Shown: in pieces, positions 1 through 11,728 of the stretch
Layout of the letters: each line of letters starts with the position of its first letter
How positions within the stretch are numbered: the stretch's first letter is position 1
Source: Octopus bimaculoides
Lineage: Eukaryota
Assembly: GCF_001194135.2 (NCBI RefSeq)
Contig: NC_068997.1
Coordinates: forward strand, 34,168,950 to 34,232,332
Direction: 5' to 3'
Length of the DNA stretch: 63,383 nucleotides
Program-made: the position numbers and the translations under genes
Notes under the pieces: generated by a model
The model's input: only the letters and a program-made list of their open reading frames with translations
The model's database searches: none
What the model was told of the DNA's origin: nothing

Positions 1-317
1 CAAAATAGATACGCATTTAAATAAAATGCTTATAAACACAAATATATGAATACTTATACAGACACAGACACACACGTGTGTATACATACATACATACATA
101 CATACATACAATCATACACGCATACACGCATACACACATATACATGCATACATATATATCTACATATATGTGTATATATATACACACATATATATATCTA
201 CATACACATACAAATATGCATGTATATACATACATACATACATACATACATACATACATGTACATATTTATATAAGTGAATTCTCCCCATACATATATAT
301 AAATATACTCATTTACT

Positions 318-652
318 CTTTTATTTGTTTCAGTCATTTGACTGCGGCCATGCTGGAGCACCGCTTTTAGTCGAACAAATCGACTCCAGGACTTATTCTT
401 TGTAGACCTAGTACTTAACTTATAGGTCTGTTTTGCCGAACCGCTAAGTTACAGGGACGTAAACACACCAAAATCAGTTGTCAAGCGATGGTGGGGGACA
501 AACACAGACACACAAACAGACAGACAGACACACACACACACACACACACACACATGACAGACTTCTTTCAGTTTCCGTCTACCAAATCCACTCACAAAGC
601 TTTGGTCGGCCCGAGGCTATAGTAAGACACTTGCCATAGGTGCCACGCAGTG
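318..652 (-). mobile_element. tRNA-derived SINE, family A (5'-truncated)
   Basis: Matches the complete copy at 45271-45667 in reverse: CCTTGGGCAAG-like core, internal (CA)n, 3' end ...GCAGTCAAATGACTGAAAC. Confidence 0.85.
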
Positions 653-879
653 TTACTACATACATACATATTTATGTATTTTTGTATATATATANNNNNN
701 NNNNNNNNNNNNNNNNNNNNNNNNNNNNNTCCATACATGTATACAAACACACACATATATATATATATATATGTGTGTGTTTGTATACATGTATGGATAG
801 ATATAGATATATATACACTCACACTATGATTGACCCCTAAGTAATGCTAAGGTAGGCATAATTTCTTTTATCTACTTAC

Positions 880-1230
880 ACAATTCCTTCAATTAATTGC
901 ATGTGCGAGTAGAGTAAGTTTTCCGCCATACAAAATTACTGCTCAACGTGTCCTGCATCACAGCCGATACATTTGCGACATCGGTGAAGTCAGCTCTTCA
1001 TCCTCTGCGAAAAAATTCAGGGATACACTGCTGTACCTACTTCACAACCAATTCCATCTCGCCTCTATCAAACAATCGTTGTCCGAGAAAACTTTCATTG
1101 AACTGAACAAATGGAAGTCGAAGTAAACCAATCTATGATCTGCAGTGGATGGCGGATCACAGACCAGCACAATTTGCCGAGAGCCTCATTTGTAGCCCAA
1201 TATGCGAGTAATCGGATTTTTCTCATGGTG
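880..1230 (-). pseudogene. mariner transposase C-terminal remnant
   Basis: Minus-strand frameshifted pieces DFHLFSSMK and RCRKCIGCDAGHVEQ* match the mariner C-terminus (DYHLF...RWxKCI...GxYVE). Confidence 0.6.
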
Positions 1231-1276
1231 CATGTATGTATGTATGTATGTATGCATGGGGTACCTTACCAGTAAC

Positions 1277-1494
1277 AAAAAATGGTTTCAAATTTTGCCA
1301 CAAGGCAGTCATTTTGGGAAGGAGATGTTTCGATTACATCGACCCAGGTGTCCAACTGGTACTTAATTTATCAATCCCGAAAGGATGAAATGCAAAAAGC
1401 CAACCACGGCGGAATTTAAACTCAGAGCGTAGCAGCAGACTAAATACCGCTAAACATTTCGTCTGGCGTGCTAACGATTCTGCCAGCTGACCGT
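1277..1494 (-). mobile_element. tRNA-derived SINE, family B, with 12-bp TSD
   Basis: Head GCTGGCAGAATCGTTAGCACGCC; CTTACCAGTAAC duplicated at 1265-1276 and 1495-1506. Confidence 0.85.
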
Positions 1495-1520
1495 CTTACC
1501 AGTAACGAATAACAGAATGA

Positions 1521-1737
1521 GTATGGTTGGCTCTGGGAAAAGAAATTAGCTTACAAGTTCACATGGTTCCGGGTTCAGTCATACTGCGTGACATTTTGGG
1601 CAAATGGTTTCAATCAGTCCGGGCCAACAAAAGCCTTCTGGGTGGATCTGTTTGACGGAAAGNNNNNNNNNNCCTTCTGGGTGGATCTGTTTGACGGAAA
1701 GTGAAAGAAGCTCGTCGTATATGTGTATCTCCCCCCC

Positions 1738-1772
<35 letters not shown>

Positions 1773-1990
1773 CATGATACATGTGTGCGTGTCTTTGTGA
1801 ATGTATTCGTACTCCACCATCGCTTGAAGACCTGCGTTGGTTTGTTTACGTCTCGGTAACTTAGCGGTTCGGAAAACAGTTAGAGTAAGTACCAGGTTTT
1901 AAAATAAGTACTAGTGTCGATTAGATCTACTAAATTCTTCCTGGCAGTGCCCCAGCATAGGCGAAGTCCAATGACTGTAACAAGAAAAAG
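1521..1990 (+). mobile_element. SINE family A (spans 10-N gap)
   Basis: GGTTCCGGGTTCAGTC B-box-like head, GACGGAAAGTGAAAGAAGC, AACTTAGCGGTTCGG, AGTCCAATGACTG tail. Confidence 0.8.
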
Positions 1991-2089
1991 ACTAATAATA
2001 AAGAGTCAAAATATTAATTTCTTCCTGTTAAACATTAGACTCTTTTATAGAAATATCGATCCTATATCATAGTATTAATAATTTTTTTT

Positions 2090-2272
2090 ATTCAAAGCCA
2101 TCAAATTGAGAGGAGTGTGTTAGGTTAGTCAACATTACATCCCAGTACTTGACTGACACTGGAAGATCGATGAATTAAAGGCTGGATTTGAACTCAGAAA
2201 GTAAAATCCTAGAAAATAAAACAGCAAGTATTTTTCTCCGACGCACTACACATCCTGCAAATTTGCTGCCTT
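2090..2272 (-). mobile_element. degraded SINE family B
   Basis: GGATTTGAACTCAGAA and remnant head similar to other B copies. Confidence 0.55.
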
Positions 2273-2389
2273 TCCGCTCTGTATCATAAGTCTAAATTTC
2301 GCCATACAGATTTAATGGACGTCAGAATTGACTGAATTTATCCAAATGATTCAATGATACTTCCCTTTTCTGCTGCTCACATTACTGGA

Positions 2390-3182
2390 TTCTTTTCTAT
2401 CCTAGGTACAAGGCCCCTAAATTTTGGGGAGGGGGTCGATTAGATCGATCCAGTAAGCAACTGGTACTTAATTTATCAACCCCGAGAGGATGAAAGGCAA
2501 AGTCGATCTCGGTGGAATTTGAACTCAGAACGTAACGGCAGACGAAATACCGCTAAGCATTTCGCCCGGCCTGCTAACGTTTCTTATTTCTTTACTGCCC
2601 ACAAGGGGCTACACACAGAGGGGACAAACAAGGACAGACAAACGGATTAAGTCGATTATATCGACCCCAGTGCGACAAGGACAGACAAACGGTTTAAGTC
2701 GCTTATATCAACCCCACTGCGTAACTGGTACTTATTTAATCAACCCCGAAAGGATGAAAGGCAAAGTCGACCTCGGCGGAATTTGAACGCAGAACATAGC
2801 GGCAGACAAAATACTGCTAAGCATTTCGCCCGGCGTGCTAACGTTTCTTATTTCTTTATTGCCCACAAAGGGATACACATAGAGGAGACAAACAAGGACA
2901 GACAAAGGGATTAAGTCCATTACATCGACCCAGTGCGTGCTAACGTTTCTTATTTCTTTATTGCCCACAAGGGGCTAAACATAGAGGAGACAAACAAGGA
3001 CAGACAAAGGGATTAAGTCGATTATATCGTCTCCAGTGAGTAACAGGTACTTAATTTATCGATCTCGAAAGGATGAAAAGCAAAGTCGACCTCGGCGGAA
3101 TTTGAACTCAGAATGTAAAGACAGACGAAATACCGCTAAGCATTTCGCCCGGCGTGCTAACGTTTCTGCCAGCTCGCCGCCT
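2390..3182 (-). mobile_element. multimeric SINE family B (one head, three cores)
   Basis: Core AAAGGATGAAAGGCAAAGTCGA(C/T)CTCGG(C/T)GGAATTTGAAC three times; long tail GTCTGTCCTTGTTTGTC...GAAATA reads back into AGAAACGTTAGCA. Confidence 0.85.
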
Positions 3183-3769
3183 TGCTGGATGCTATATTTT
3201 AATTGATTAATTTACCCGAGATAAAAGCTCCGCTCTTCTACTCAGCTGCTTACTCAGTTTCCACAGATCTACCAACGACATCCCTCAGTTGCTTACTTTC
3301 ATTTTTTATCTTCTGTTCTGTTGTCATATATAATACTACTAAATTTATATACGCCCCCTACCTCTGTCTGTATCTCTGTCACTGTCTGTCCGTCTGTCTC
3401 TCTGTCTGTCTCTCTGTGTCTGTCACTGTCTGTCTGTCTCTGTCTGTCTGTCTCTATCTCGCTCTCTCACTCTCTCTCACTCACTCTCTCTCTCTGTATG
3501 TCTACCTATCTATCAATCTACCTTACTCTTTCCTTACTTTTTCCTTTGCCCTCTCCCCTATCCAATCTCTGTCTTTTTTTTCACATTTTGTTCTTGTTTA
3601 GTTGTCTATTATTCCTCTCTGACTTTCTTTCAAACACTCTCCGTCAAAATTCCTATTAATTTTAGCCTTTTTCTTTTTGTTTATTTCCGACGTATTTCAC
3701 CTTTCTTACTGTCTTTCATACTGACTCTCCAGCACACAAATCTTAAACACATAAATTCACACCACACAC

Positions 3770-3789
3770 CTAAACACACACACACACCT

Positions 3790-3878
<89 letters not shown>
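3770..3878. repeat. (CA)n microsatellite
   Basis: Direct read. Confidence 0.95.
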
Positions 3879-3879
<1 letters not shown>

Positions 3880-4192
3880 ATATTTATACCCAGCTGTAAA
3901 ATTTCTACAAATGCCTAGCTCAGGTTTACTTTCGTGGATATTATTACTGCTGTTATTTCTCTTTTAACTTCTGTTGTTGAAATAGTCATTTCTTCAATTT
4001 CTCCCTTCTCATTACGCTAACAAACCCCACCGCTACATACAGCCACCCTTCAATGTTTTTATAACGTTCCATATTCTTTGATGTGTGTCAATGTCACCCA
4101 GACATCGTTTACGTCTGCCACTTTCAATAGTTCATACCAACAACTTCCTCTCTATACTCTTACTCCCACTCTACGTTATCTATCTATCTATC

Positions 4193-4223
<31 letters not shown>

Positions 4224-4413
4224 CTATCTACATACATAGATAGATAGATAGATAGTTAGAGATACATACACACACTCACATACACACACATATTCAAACA
4301 TTCATTCAGATAAGTATTCACAAATGCAGTCATACATGCATACTTTCATATGTACATTCATTCATACATACAAAATTCACGCGCACACATGCACACGCAC
4401 GCGCATACATGTA

Positions 4414-4490
<77 letters not shown>

Positions 4491-4803
4491 GAATGCATAT
4501 ATTTGGAAAACAAAAAAATAGCTAACAAAAATAATGCGGTACGGTCTGTTGCCAACGAAAATCGACTCTGAATAAAGAGAGGAATAATCTCAAGAATTAA
4601 AAAATAAACTCAGTTATTGGTCTGGCAGTCTGTTTCCTCTTTTTCTGGAGACAAGAAGGCAGGAGTGGACACATGTTCCTGCCTCAGTAAGTGTCATCAT
4701 CTCATCAGTTGTCCTACCGTGACTCCAGTTGATGAAAGACTTGTACCTATACACAAATAGAGTTACACATACATAGATTCGTATATTCATGCACGCACAC
4801 ACA

Positions 4804-4856
<53 letters not shown>

Positions 4857-4894
4857 ACACAACAGCAGCAGCAGCAATAAAAATAATAAAACTT

Positions 4895-5078
4895 TTTACA
4901 ATAGGCGCAAGGGTGAGAGGATTAATCCAGTACATCTACCCCAGTGCACAAGTGGTACTTGTTTTATCGATCCAGAATGATGAAAGGCAAAGTCGACCTC
5001 TGTAGAAATTGAACTTGAATGCAAAGAGCCGGAAACACTTTATTCAACGCACTAAGGATTCTGCAAACTCGCCTCCTT
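4895..5078 (-). mobile_element. SINE family B
   Basis: GATGAAAGGCAAAGTCGACCTC core; head at ~5075 next to (CAA)n. Confidence 0.75.
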
Positions 5079-5109
5079 GACAACAACAACAACAACAACA
5101 ACAGCAACA

Positions 5110-5362
5110 AAAATAATCTTGAAGGAAAATACCAAATAGAAAAGAAAAAGTTTAACACTGTTATGGAAACCCTAAAACCACGTGTTCTGGCAAAAAACAT
5201 TAAAGGTGCAACACTACACTGATTGCATAACGGATTTCCAGCAAAACAGGTTATTTACAAATAACCAGAGGCAGATTTTTAAGAGCTTAAGAGGAGATGC
5301 AGAAGTTTATATACCTCCTGAAGCAGAGGAAACCCGCCAATTTTGGAATAACATCTGGGGAC
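5110..5362 (+). pseudogene. R4/Dong retrotransposon pre-RT fragment
   Basis: QQNRLFTNNQRQIFKSL...PPEAEETRQFWNNIW, the conserved pre-RT NxxF...FWxxIW segment also seen in the copies at 59 kb and 11.7 kb. Confidence 0.7.
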
Positions 5363-5548
5363 GCATAATGGGAGAACACTCTGAAAGGAGAGACCCCTGA
5401 AATGTGAATACAAACAGAATAAAACAAGTTTTGCGTAAATAGGACCATGGATTCCCGAGATACGCGTTTTTTGAGGGTTTCTTTCCACAAATTTAAGCAG
5501 TAAAACCTGCAGTTATTACCCTTTACTGTGAACACCGGGTAGTTTTGT

Positions 5549-6060
5549 TGGCATAACTACAGATATGTACCTCATCGACTTTGTTGCCTCACAACCCCCA
5601 GAAAAATGGATACTTTTTTACGAAATTTTCAGCAAATACNNNNNNNNNNNNNNNNNNNNNNNNNNNNNNNNNNNNNNNNNNNNNNNNNNNNNNNNNNNNN
5701 NNNNNNNNNNNNAAATTTTATACAATTACCTTTCATATGGCATAAATTACAATTATAAAGAAATTTGCGGGGAAAATTTTTTCTGAGAGGGTTGGGAGAG
5801 GTGTTTTTACGGGGATTTGTTCCATTTCTTATTTTCCCACAGCCATCGAAATGATAAGGGCATCATTTTATGAAACATAAGTTTTGAAAATTTTTGAAAT
5901 TCCTCACCATCCCACTCCAGTCCGCGCACAAAAAATCTTTTTCATAAAAATTCACAGCATCTAGGCGGTATTTGTTGAAAATTTCGTTAAAAAGTATCAA
6001 TTTCTCTGAAAGTTGTGAGGCAACAAAGTCGAGAAGGGGTATACATCTGTAGTTATGCCA
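5549..6060. mobile_element. MITE-like element with ~90-bp TIRs
   Basis: 5549-5639 is the reverse complement of 5967-6060 (TGGCATAACTACAG...); flanks GTTTTGT / GTTTTAT are a possible 7-bp TSD. Confidence 0.6.
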
Positions 6061-6279
6061 GTTTTATTTGTGTGCTTGCTTGCATGCATGCTTGTGTGCA
6101 ATTTAATACAGCCAAACCGGCACATAATGGGAAAATTTTCTGAAAGCAAGTGACCCCTGAAATGTGAATACAAACAAAATGAAACAAGTTTCGCGTAAAT
6201 CAGACTACGGATTCCCAAGATACGCAGGTTTTCTCAGTACCTTCATAAATAGTCAAAACGGTGTATAATGGGGAAATAC

Positions 6280-7400
6280 TCAGGCTGAGTAAAAAGTAAG
6301 CAACGTTTTGAAACATGAAATTCATCACAATGTATTTCAACAATGCCGAAATTTTATTCATCAAAGTAAGTAAGTACCATTACAATCAACACCTTTTTGC
6401 TAACGAGTTACAAGTTCATTTATATTCCGGTAACAAAAAAATCTGGAGTTCTGGAGCTGATGAACTCTTTCAACGCACTTTCAGCATCAATTTGATTTTT
6501 GAACTCCTTTCACAGGAAACTATCAAACTGCTTGAAAAGTGGTTGTCGGTAGGAGAAAAGTCTGGGGAATAAGCTGGGTGAGGAAGAGCTTCGTAGCCAA
6601 GTTCCCTCAAATTCTGAAGCGTTATTAGTGAAACGCGTGGTTGAGCATTGTCATGAAGAATGCTTGGCCCTCTTCTGTTGACCAATCTGGGACGGGGGAG
6701 TAGCAGTTTTTCGTTCATTTTGGCAATTTCATGGCAATACGTTTCTGCAGTAATGGTTTTCCGGGTTTTAAGCAGTTGTCGTGGATGAGTCCAGCAGTAC
6801 ACCCCCAAACAGTCACTGTAACCTTCTTTGTGAAGAGCCCGGGTTTAGAGAAAGTTTTCGGTCCTTCATTTTGGTCCAACCACTGCAAAGAAATTTTTTT
6901 TTTTTATTATTGTACAGAATCCACTTTTCATCGCAAGTTACAATAGGGTCTAGAAATGGATCGGTTATGGAGAAGAAGCGACGAGCAAATTTCATATCTG
7001 CGCATTTTCTGATTCTCATTCAAATCGTGTGGTACCCATTTGATTTTCCGATCCCATGCAAATGGTTGCAGGCAGTTTTCCGGCTAACTTGAAGTTATTT
7101 TTCCAGTTCTCGAGTGGCTTTACGTGGAACTTTCTCAATGACGATCTTTAATTGACCGTCATCGATGACAGATAGGCGTCCACTACGCTCACGACCTTCA
7201 AGGCTCAGGTCTCCACTGCGAAATCGTTTAAACCATTTTCGAGCTGACCACTCACTGGTCATTTCCTCACCAAACGTTTCGTTGATCTCGCGAGTAGTTT
7301 CAGCTGCTTTACGTCCTTTTTGAAGTTGAATAGCAAAATTGTTCGAATATCGCGCTTTGACAGTGCCAGTTCTGATGATTTATTCTGTAATTGTCCACAG
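6280..7400 (-). mobile_element. mariner (DD34D-type) transposon remnant
   Basis: N-terminal SKRDIRTILLFNFKKGRKAAETTREINETFG...KWFKRFRSGD, IVTCDEKWILYNN, LHDNAQP, PAYSPDFSPTDNHF; frameshifted. Confidence 0.92.
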
Positions 7401-7497
7401 GAAACTATACCAAGAGGAGATAGACAAGGGGTCAGGGAGGTGATTTATTCCGAATGATAATAACATTTGATTAAAAATTTTATAATAAATAAATATC

Positions 7498-8013
7498 TAA
7501 ACGAATGGAGAATAATTATGAAAATGAAGTAGGGAAGGGGTGCAACCCCACAAACCACATACCACCACTGAACCTTTTTTTTTGAACCTTTTGACTCCCT
7601 TACGGGTCACATTTACTCTCAACATGTACGCTACTTTTTTTCCATCTTTTCTCGAACATACTCAGACACAGGCAGCTCCTCTCCATCCTTATTTTCCTTT
7701 TGAGTTGGCAAACGAAATAATTTACCAACCCTCGGCTGGAGATGAAGACGCTTGTCTCTGCTCCGCTCAAGCGCGACTCCTATACCACCTCTTTCGCAGT
7801 CGCTATTACCGCAATGAAACAAACCTTCCCTTCCCTTGAAAGGGAGGGAGTGGAACAATCTTTATTACAGACTCGGAAGACAGCTGTACTCTTCTTAAAC
7901 ATGACAGAAGGTGTTCAGCATAAACCCACATCTCCGATATCTTCGGATACTGCACAATAGCGTGCTGAGCAGTTGCACTGCTCTGCTCGCATCTTGGGCA
8001 AGTGGGCCAGCAA
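7498..8013 (-). pseudogene. L1/Tx1-like LINE ORF2 C-terminal fragment plus partial 3' UTR
   Basis: TCPRCEQSSATAQHAIVQYP (decayed CCHC finger) ...ISEMWVYAEHLL...AKEVV*ESRL...QLKRKIRMER...FEKRWKKVA, across frameshifts. Confidence 0.65.
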
Positions 8014-9400
8014 CTTTATTGACCATAAGGCCTTACACAGATGGGACGAACAAGGACAGACAAGACAGCACAAGTGGGGACAAAAAACATAAACGGATGA
8101 ATGAAATGAAATTATATAAAAATGAAGATGTAATAGTTGCTGGACCCCATTTCCAGGTAGTACGATTTTAACTATATTTTCCACTATTTTAAATCCTACG
8201 TTTATCCGAATAATTATCTTAGTAAATGCAAAGTGACTTCAATTTTTCGAATTCGACCATAGGTAGCAAATGGTCATATATTATCTCTATCCCTAATGGA
8301 TTTACATCGTCCCCAAAGTTTGCTTTTAATTTTCTTTAGTTTTTCATGTCAATTAAAATGCATTCCATACCTGGAACTCTTATGTTATCCTCTTCTATGA
8401 CTCTAAATACTGACTTCATCTTCCCAATTTTTTCTTCGATGGCCGCATTCGTCCAATAGTGTGTTACATATGCTCTATATTTTTAATTGTTCTGTATTTC
8501 TTGTGTGTCTGCTTGTGTTTATTCAGTTAGTGAATCTGTACTGTCAGAATTTGTTCGCGTATACCTACCTGAAGTGTCTGTGAGTGCTTGTGAATATTCT
8601 ACTGGAGTTACTGGTCTGTATGTGCGAGGTGGTGCATATTTAGTTTGGGATTCTGGGATGTCTGCGATATTCTTGTGTGTTTGTGCTGTGTGGGCGTTTG
8701 TGTGTCACTCAGTTCTTTCTTTTTTTTTTAGAATTCTTTGGGGGTGGAGAGTTCTTGATGTCTTTCATCTTCCTGTTCTGTGTTTCTTAGACTCCATCTG
8801 TACCTCCTCAGTACCTTCCTTCAACTTCTCGTTGCTACTCATTTCCTCTTGTCTCACCTACATTGATGTTTGGTTATCGAGAAGGGGGCAAACTTAATAT
8901 GGTCCTTCTCTCTGCAGTGGTAGCATGTGGGAGGTCTTCGCTCCACTAACACACACAGCCTCACATCCTCTGGCAGCTCAATTTCCTCCGTTATCTCTTG
9001 GAGGTCTAGTGCGGTGGCCTGGACTTCTAGGCCATATCCCCACTAATTCAGCTGTTTAGTTCGGCTCATCTGCAGCACTTGAGGGTCATCTTTTGTGTCC
9101 ATCAGGATAGCTGCTAGCAGCCACATCTCGTTGATCTATGCGGGCACCCTACCAATTCTCACTCCTTCTATTCGCTTTCCGAGATAAGTTGGTAGTAGAA
9201 CCCATTTTTCCGATTGCAAGATCACAGTGGAGTGCGCTTCCCGACTGTGGGATTGTCGTAGCCCGCCTGCCTTCAAACGGTTGATTTCTGTAGTTATTAT
9301 CATCGTATTTTGGTGATTTAAATAGGAGTTTTGATTGTATGTCTACTAGCAGGTAGCCATACTTAGTATGTCCCTTGATTAATTTAAATCCTTCAGGTAG
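8014..9400 (-). mobile_element. 5'-truncated element with gag/ORF1-like coding remnant and no RT; 3' end shared with SINE B
   Basis: One frame with stops: ...EIELPEDVRLCVLVERRPPTCYHCREKDHIK (CX2CX4H knuckle, ~8885-8945); 8014-8063 matches the SINE B long tail. Confidence 0.6.
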
Positions 9401-9406
9401 TATATA

Positions 9407-9457
<51 letters not shown>

Positions 9458-9558
9458 CTCTTAGCTGAGAGGAAATACGCACAGAGATGGAGCACATACA
9501 TACATGCAGGAACGATGCATACGCACTCACACGCACATACCTAGTCATACACTGATGA

Positions 9559-9602
9559 TGCCCATGTGCCCATGTGCCCATGTGCCCATGTGCCCATGTG
9601 CA
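9559..9602. repeat. 8-bp tandem repeat (ATGTGCCC)n, ~5 units
   Basis: Direct read. Confidence 0.9.
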
Positions 9603-10779
9603 TATACAAGTAAACGGGCTTGACACACAACAGCGACAAAACCATAACGGTGACAGAAAGCTAAGAGCGGAGAGACAGATTATTTTCATACCAAAATGAA
9701 TGGCTGCGTTATAACGTTCGTATAAGTCTTACTTGCGTATCAGTTCAGTATCATTAGCAAGCCCACCCATGCAAATGTAGCAATCTCTACCACAACCCTC
9801 TCTACCATCTAAAATGTATATGGAGGTGATGTGCCGCTTGTGTTGTAGCTTTATACGCTACGAATGTCAACGTCTCAATATTATTCTCTTGGTAAAGACA
9901 GTTAAATGTTAAATATATTCCGCTGTCTGTTTGTCATCCAGCTATTTCCTCACCTAACAACTACCCTCGACGCCTCCCCACTTCACTCTCTTTTATCCAA
10001 ACAACACCTTTAAAGAAAAGGATAACGACTTTTGTTTGAACAATGACCGACATTTTGCATTGTCAGTCTCGAATGGGTTCGTATTTTTGCTGTGGTTATT
10101 GTTATTATTGTTAGATTTTAGACTCAGAAATGAATATTAGTACATTATTGTTGTTGTTTGAGTTGCTGTTGTTATGGAAGTTGTTTCCCATGATTCTGGT
10201 GTAGCTGCAATGGTTGCTGTCATGATTGTTGTTGTTGTAGTTGCGTAGTTCCTGTTATAACTTGTTGAAACTGTAGTGATTGTAGTTGTCGTCGTCGTCG
10301 TTGTTGCTGTTGCAGTAATGGTGGATTTTATCATTTGATTTTTACTGTCGTTATGAAAAAGAAAAGAGATAGTACATCGTGAGGTACTCTGCTGCAACAC
10401 ATCACATTGGACTATACGGAAGTATTTCACACAAAAGTGTATAAAACAGTATGATAGTGTACATCCATACATAAGTGCACCTAAATACAAGTGCAATGCA
10501 ATACAACTTAGGTTTTGTTTTTAGAATATTGTAAGACTGTAATGACGTGAAGTGTAGTGTTATCGTTTTGTTCCGTATAAGCCGTGAATGAGTAGACCTA
10601 AGATAAAATATGTTATAATCATGATCAGCACGCCTATTTATATATATAGGAATACATTAACTAATGTTTTAATAATTTTTTAAGATGGTAGGATGTGACC
10701 AGAGACGAATTTGGTTACTGTCTCCACTAGAGTGAGCGACGGCATAATAGTGAAGTGTGCTTTATGTAATGCAGCAGAG

Positions 10780-11572
10780 CAGGGATCACCAAACGACGGT
10801 CCGGGGGCGGGATTCGGCCCGCGAGGTCAGTTCCTCCGGTCCGCCACCGCACTGTACCTTTTGTGTACCTGCAATGAGAGTTCATTCCTGCAACAATCGT
10901 GTTTTAACTTGCATTGCTGTGTTGAAACCGGTTTGAAGAGTGCCATATGTAAAAGGGACTGACTTCAGTGAATTGTGTCATATATTTTCCATATTTGAGT
11001 GTTGAAGGAACTCGCAAGAGGTAAGCAGATAAGCATCGCATTGGTTTGCCAGCAAATGACTTGTTGAAAGAGAAGCGCAGAGAAGGCAGACTTGTTGAAT
11101 TTCATTGCTACTTACCTGATGAGGAGTTTTCAAAGTTGAAGAAATTTGCTTCTAATATGACATCAGCATATGGAACAATTTATGTCTGTGAGCAAACATT
11201 TTCAAAAATGAAGCATGTGAAGTCAACACATCAAATGAGGTTGACTGATGAACATTTGAAAGCTATTCTCTTGGTTGGATGCAGCAATTCCAAAGCAAAT
11301 ATTGATGATATCTAAAAAGCTAAACACCAGTTTCACAAATCTCACCAACCTTTTTGCTGCTTATTTTGTGAGATTCGGATATGTGCGCACTGGGTGTGAT
11401 GTAACTATTTTATTGCTGACGTCACCTTCTTTGATAACATTTTGGTAAATAAATATGTTGGTTGTCTTTATTTTTTGTGTATTCACTGTATTGCGTTAAA
11501 CAAAACGGTTATGCGACCCGCATTCGTCATTTAGTTATCTGACCCACTGTGAAAAAAGTTTGGTAATCCTTG
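10780..11572 (+). mobile_element. internally deleted hAT (Buster/Charlie-like) transposon
   Basis: TIRs CAGGGATCACCAAA / TTTGGTAATCCTTG; 8-bp TSD CAGCAGAG / CAGTAGAG; ORF 11046-11315 AYGTIYVCEQTFSKMKHVKSTHQMRLTDEHL = hAT C-terminal dimerisation region. Confidence 0.92.
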
Positions 11573-11619
11573 CAGTAGAGGTTGTGTCGCCCGATGATGA
11601 CATGTCATAATACATTTTA

Positions 11620-11728
11620 CCATACATACATACATACATGCATACATACATACATACATACATATATACACACACACACACATACATACATACATACATA
11701 CATACATACATACATACATACATACATA
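11620..11728. repeat. (CATA)n microsatellite, 5' flank of R4 element
   Basis: Direct read. Confidence 0.95.

Noticed and set aside
17-370. ORFs rich in HT/YI/CV/ER/N/L/Y runs here and throughout the ORF track
   Set aside because: They are translations of (CA)n, (TA)n, (CATA)n, (AG)n and (TAA)n microsatellites, not proteins.
1624-1702. Direct repeat either side of a 10-N gap
   Set aside because: Typical unmerged contig overlap; assembly artefact.
4614-4760. Possible exon (minus acceptor TGTGTATAG then YKSFINWSHG...; plus-strand GTAAGT donor at ~4687)
   Set aside because: Conflicting strands, no recognisable protein and no partner exon.
10090-10340. Thr-rich mucin-like ORF on minus strand
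   Set aside because: Degenerate (TTG)n low-complexity tract with no splice or start context.
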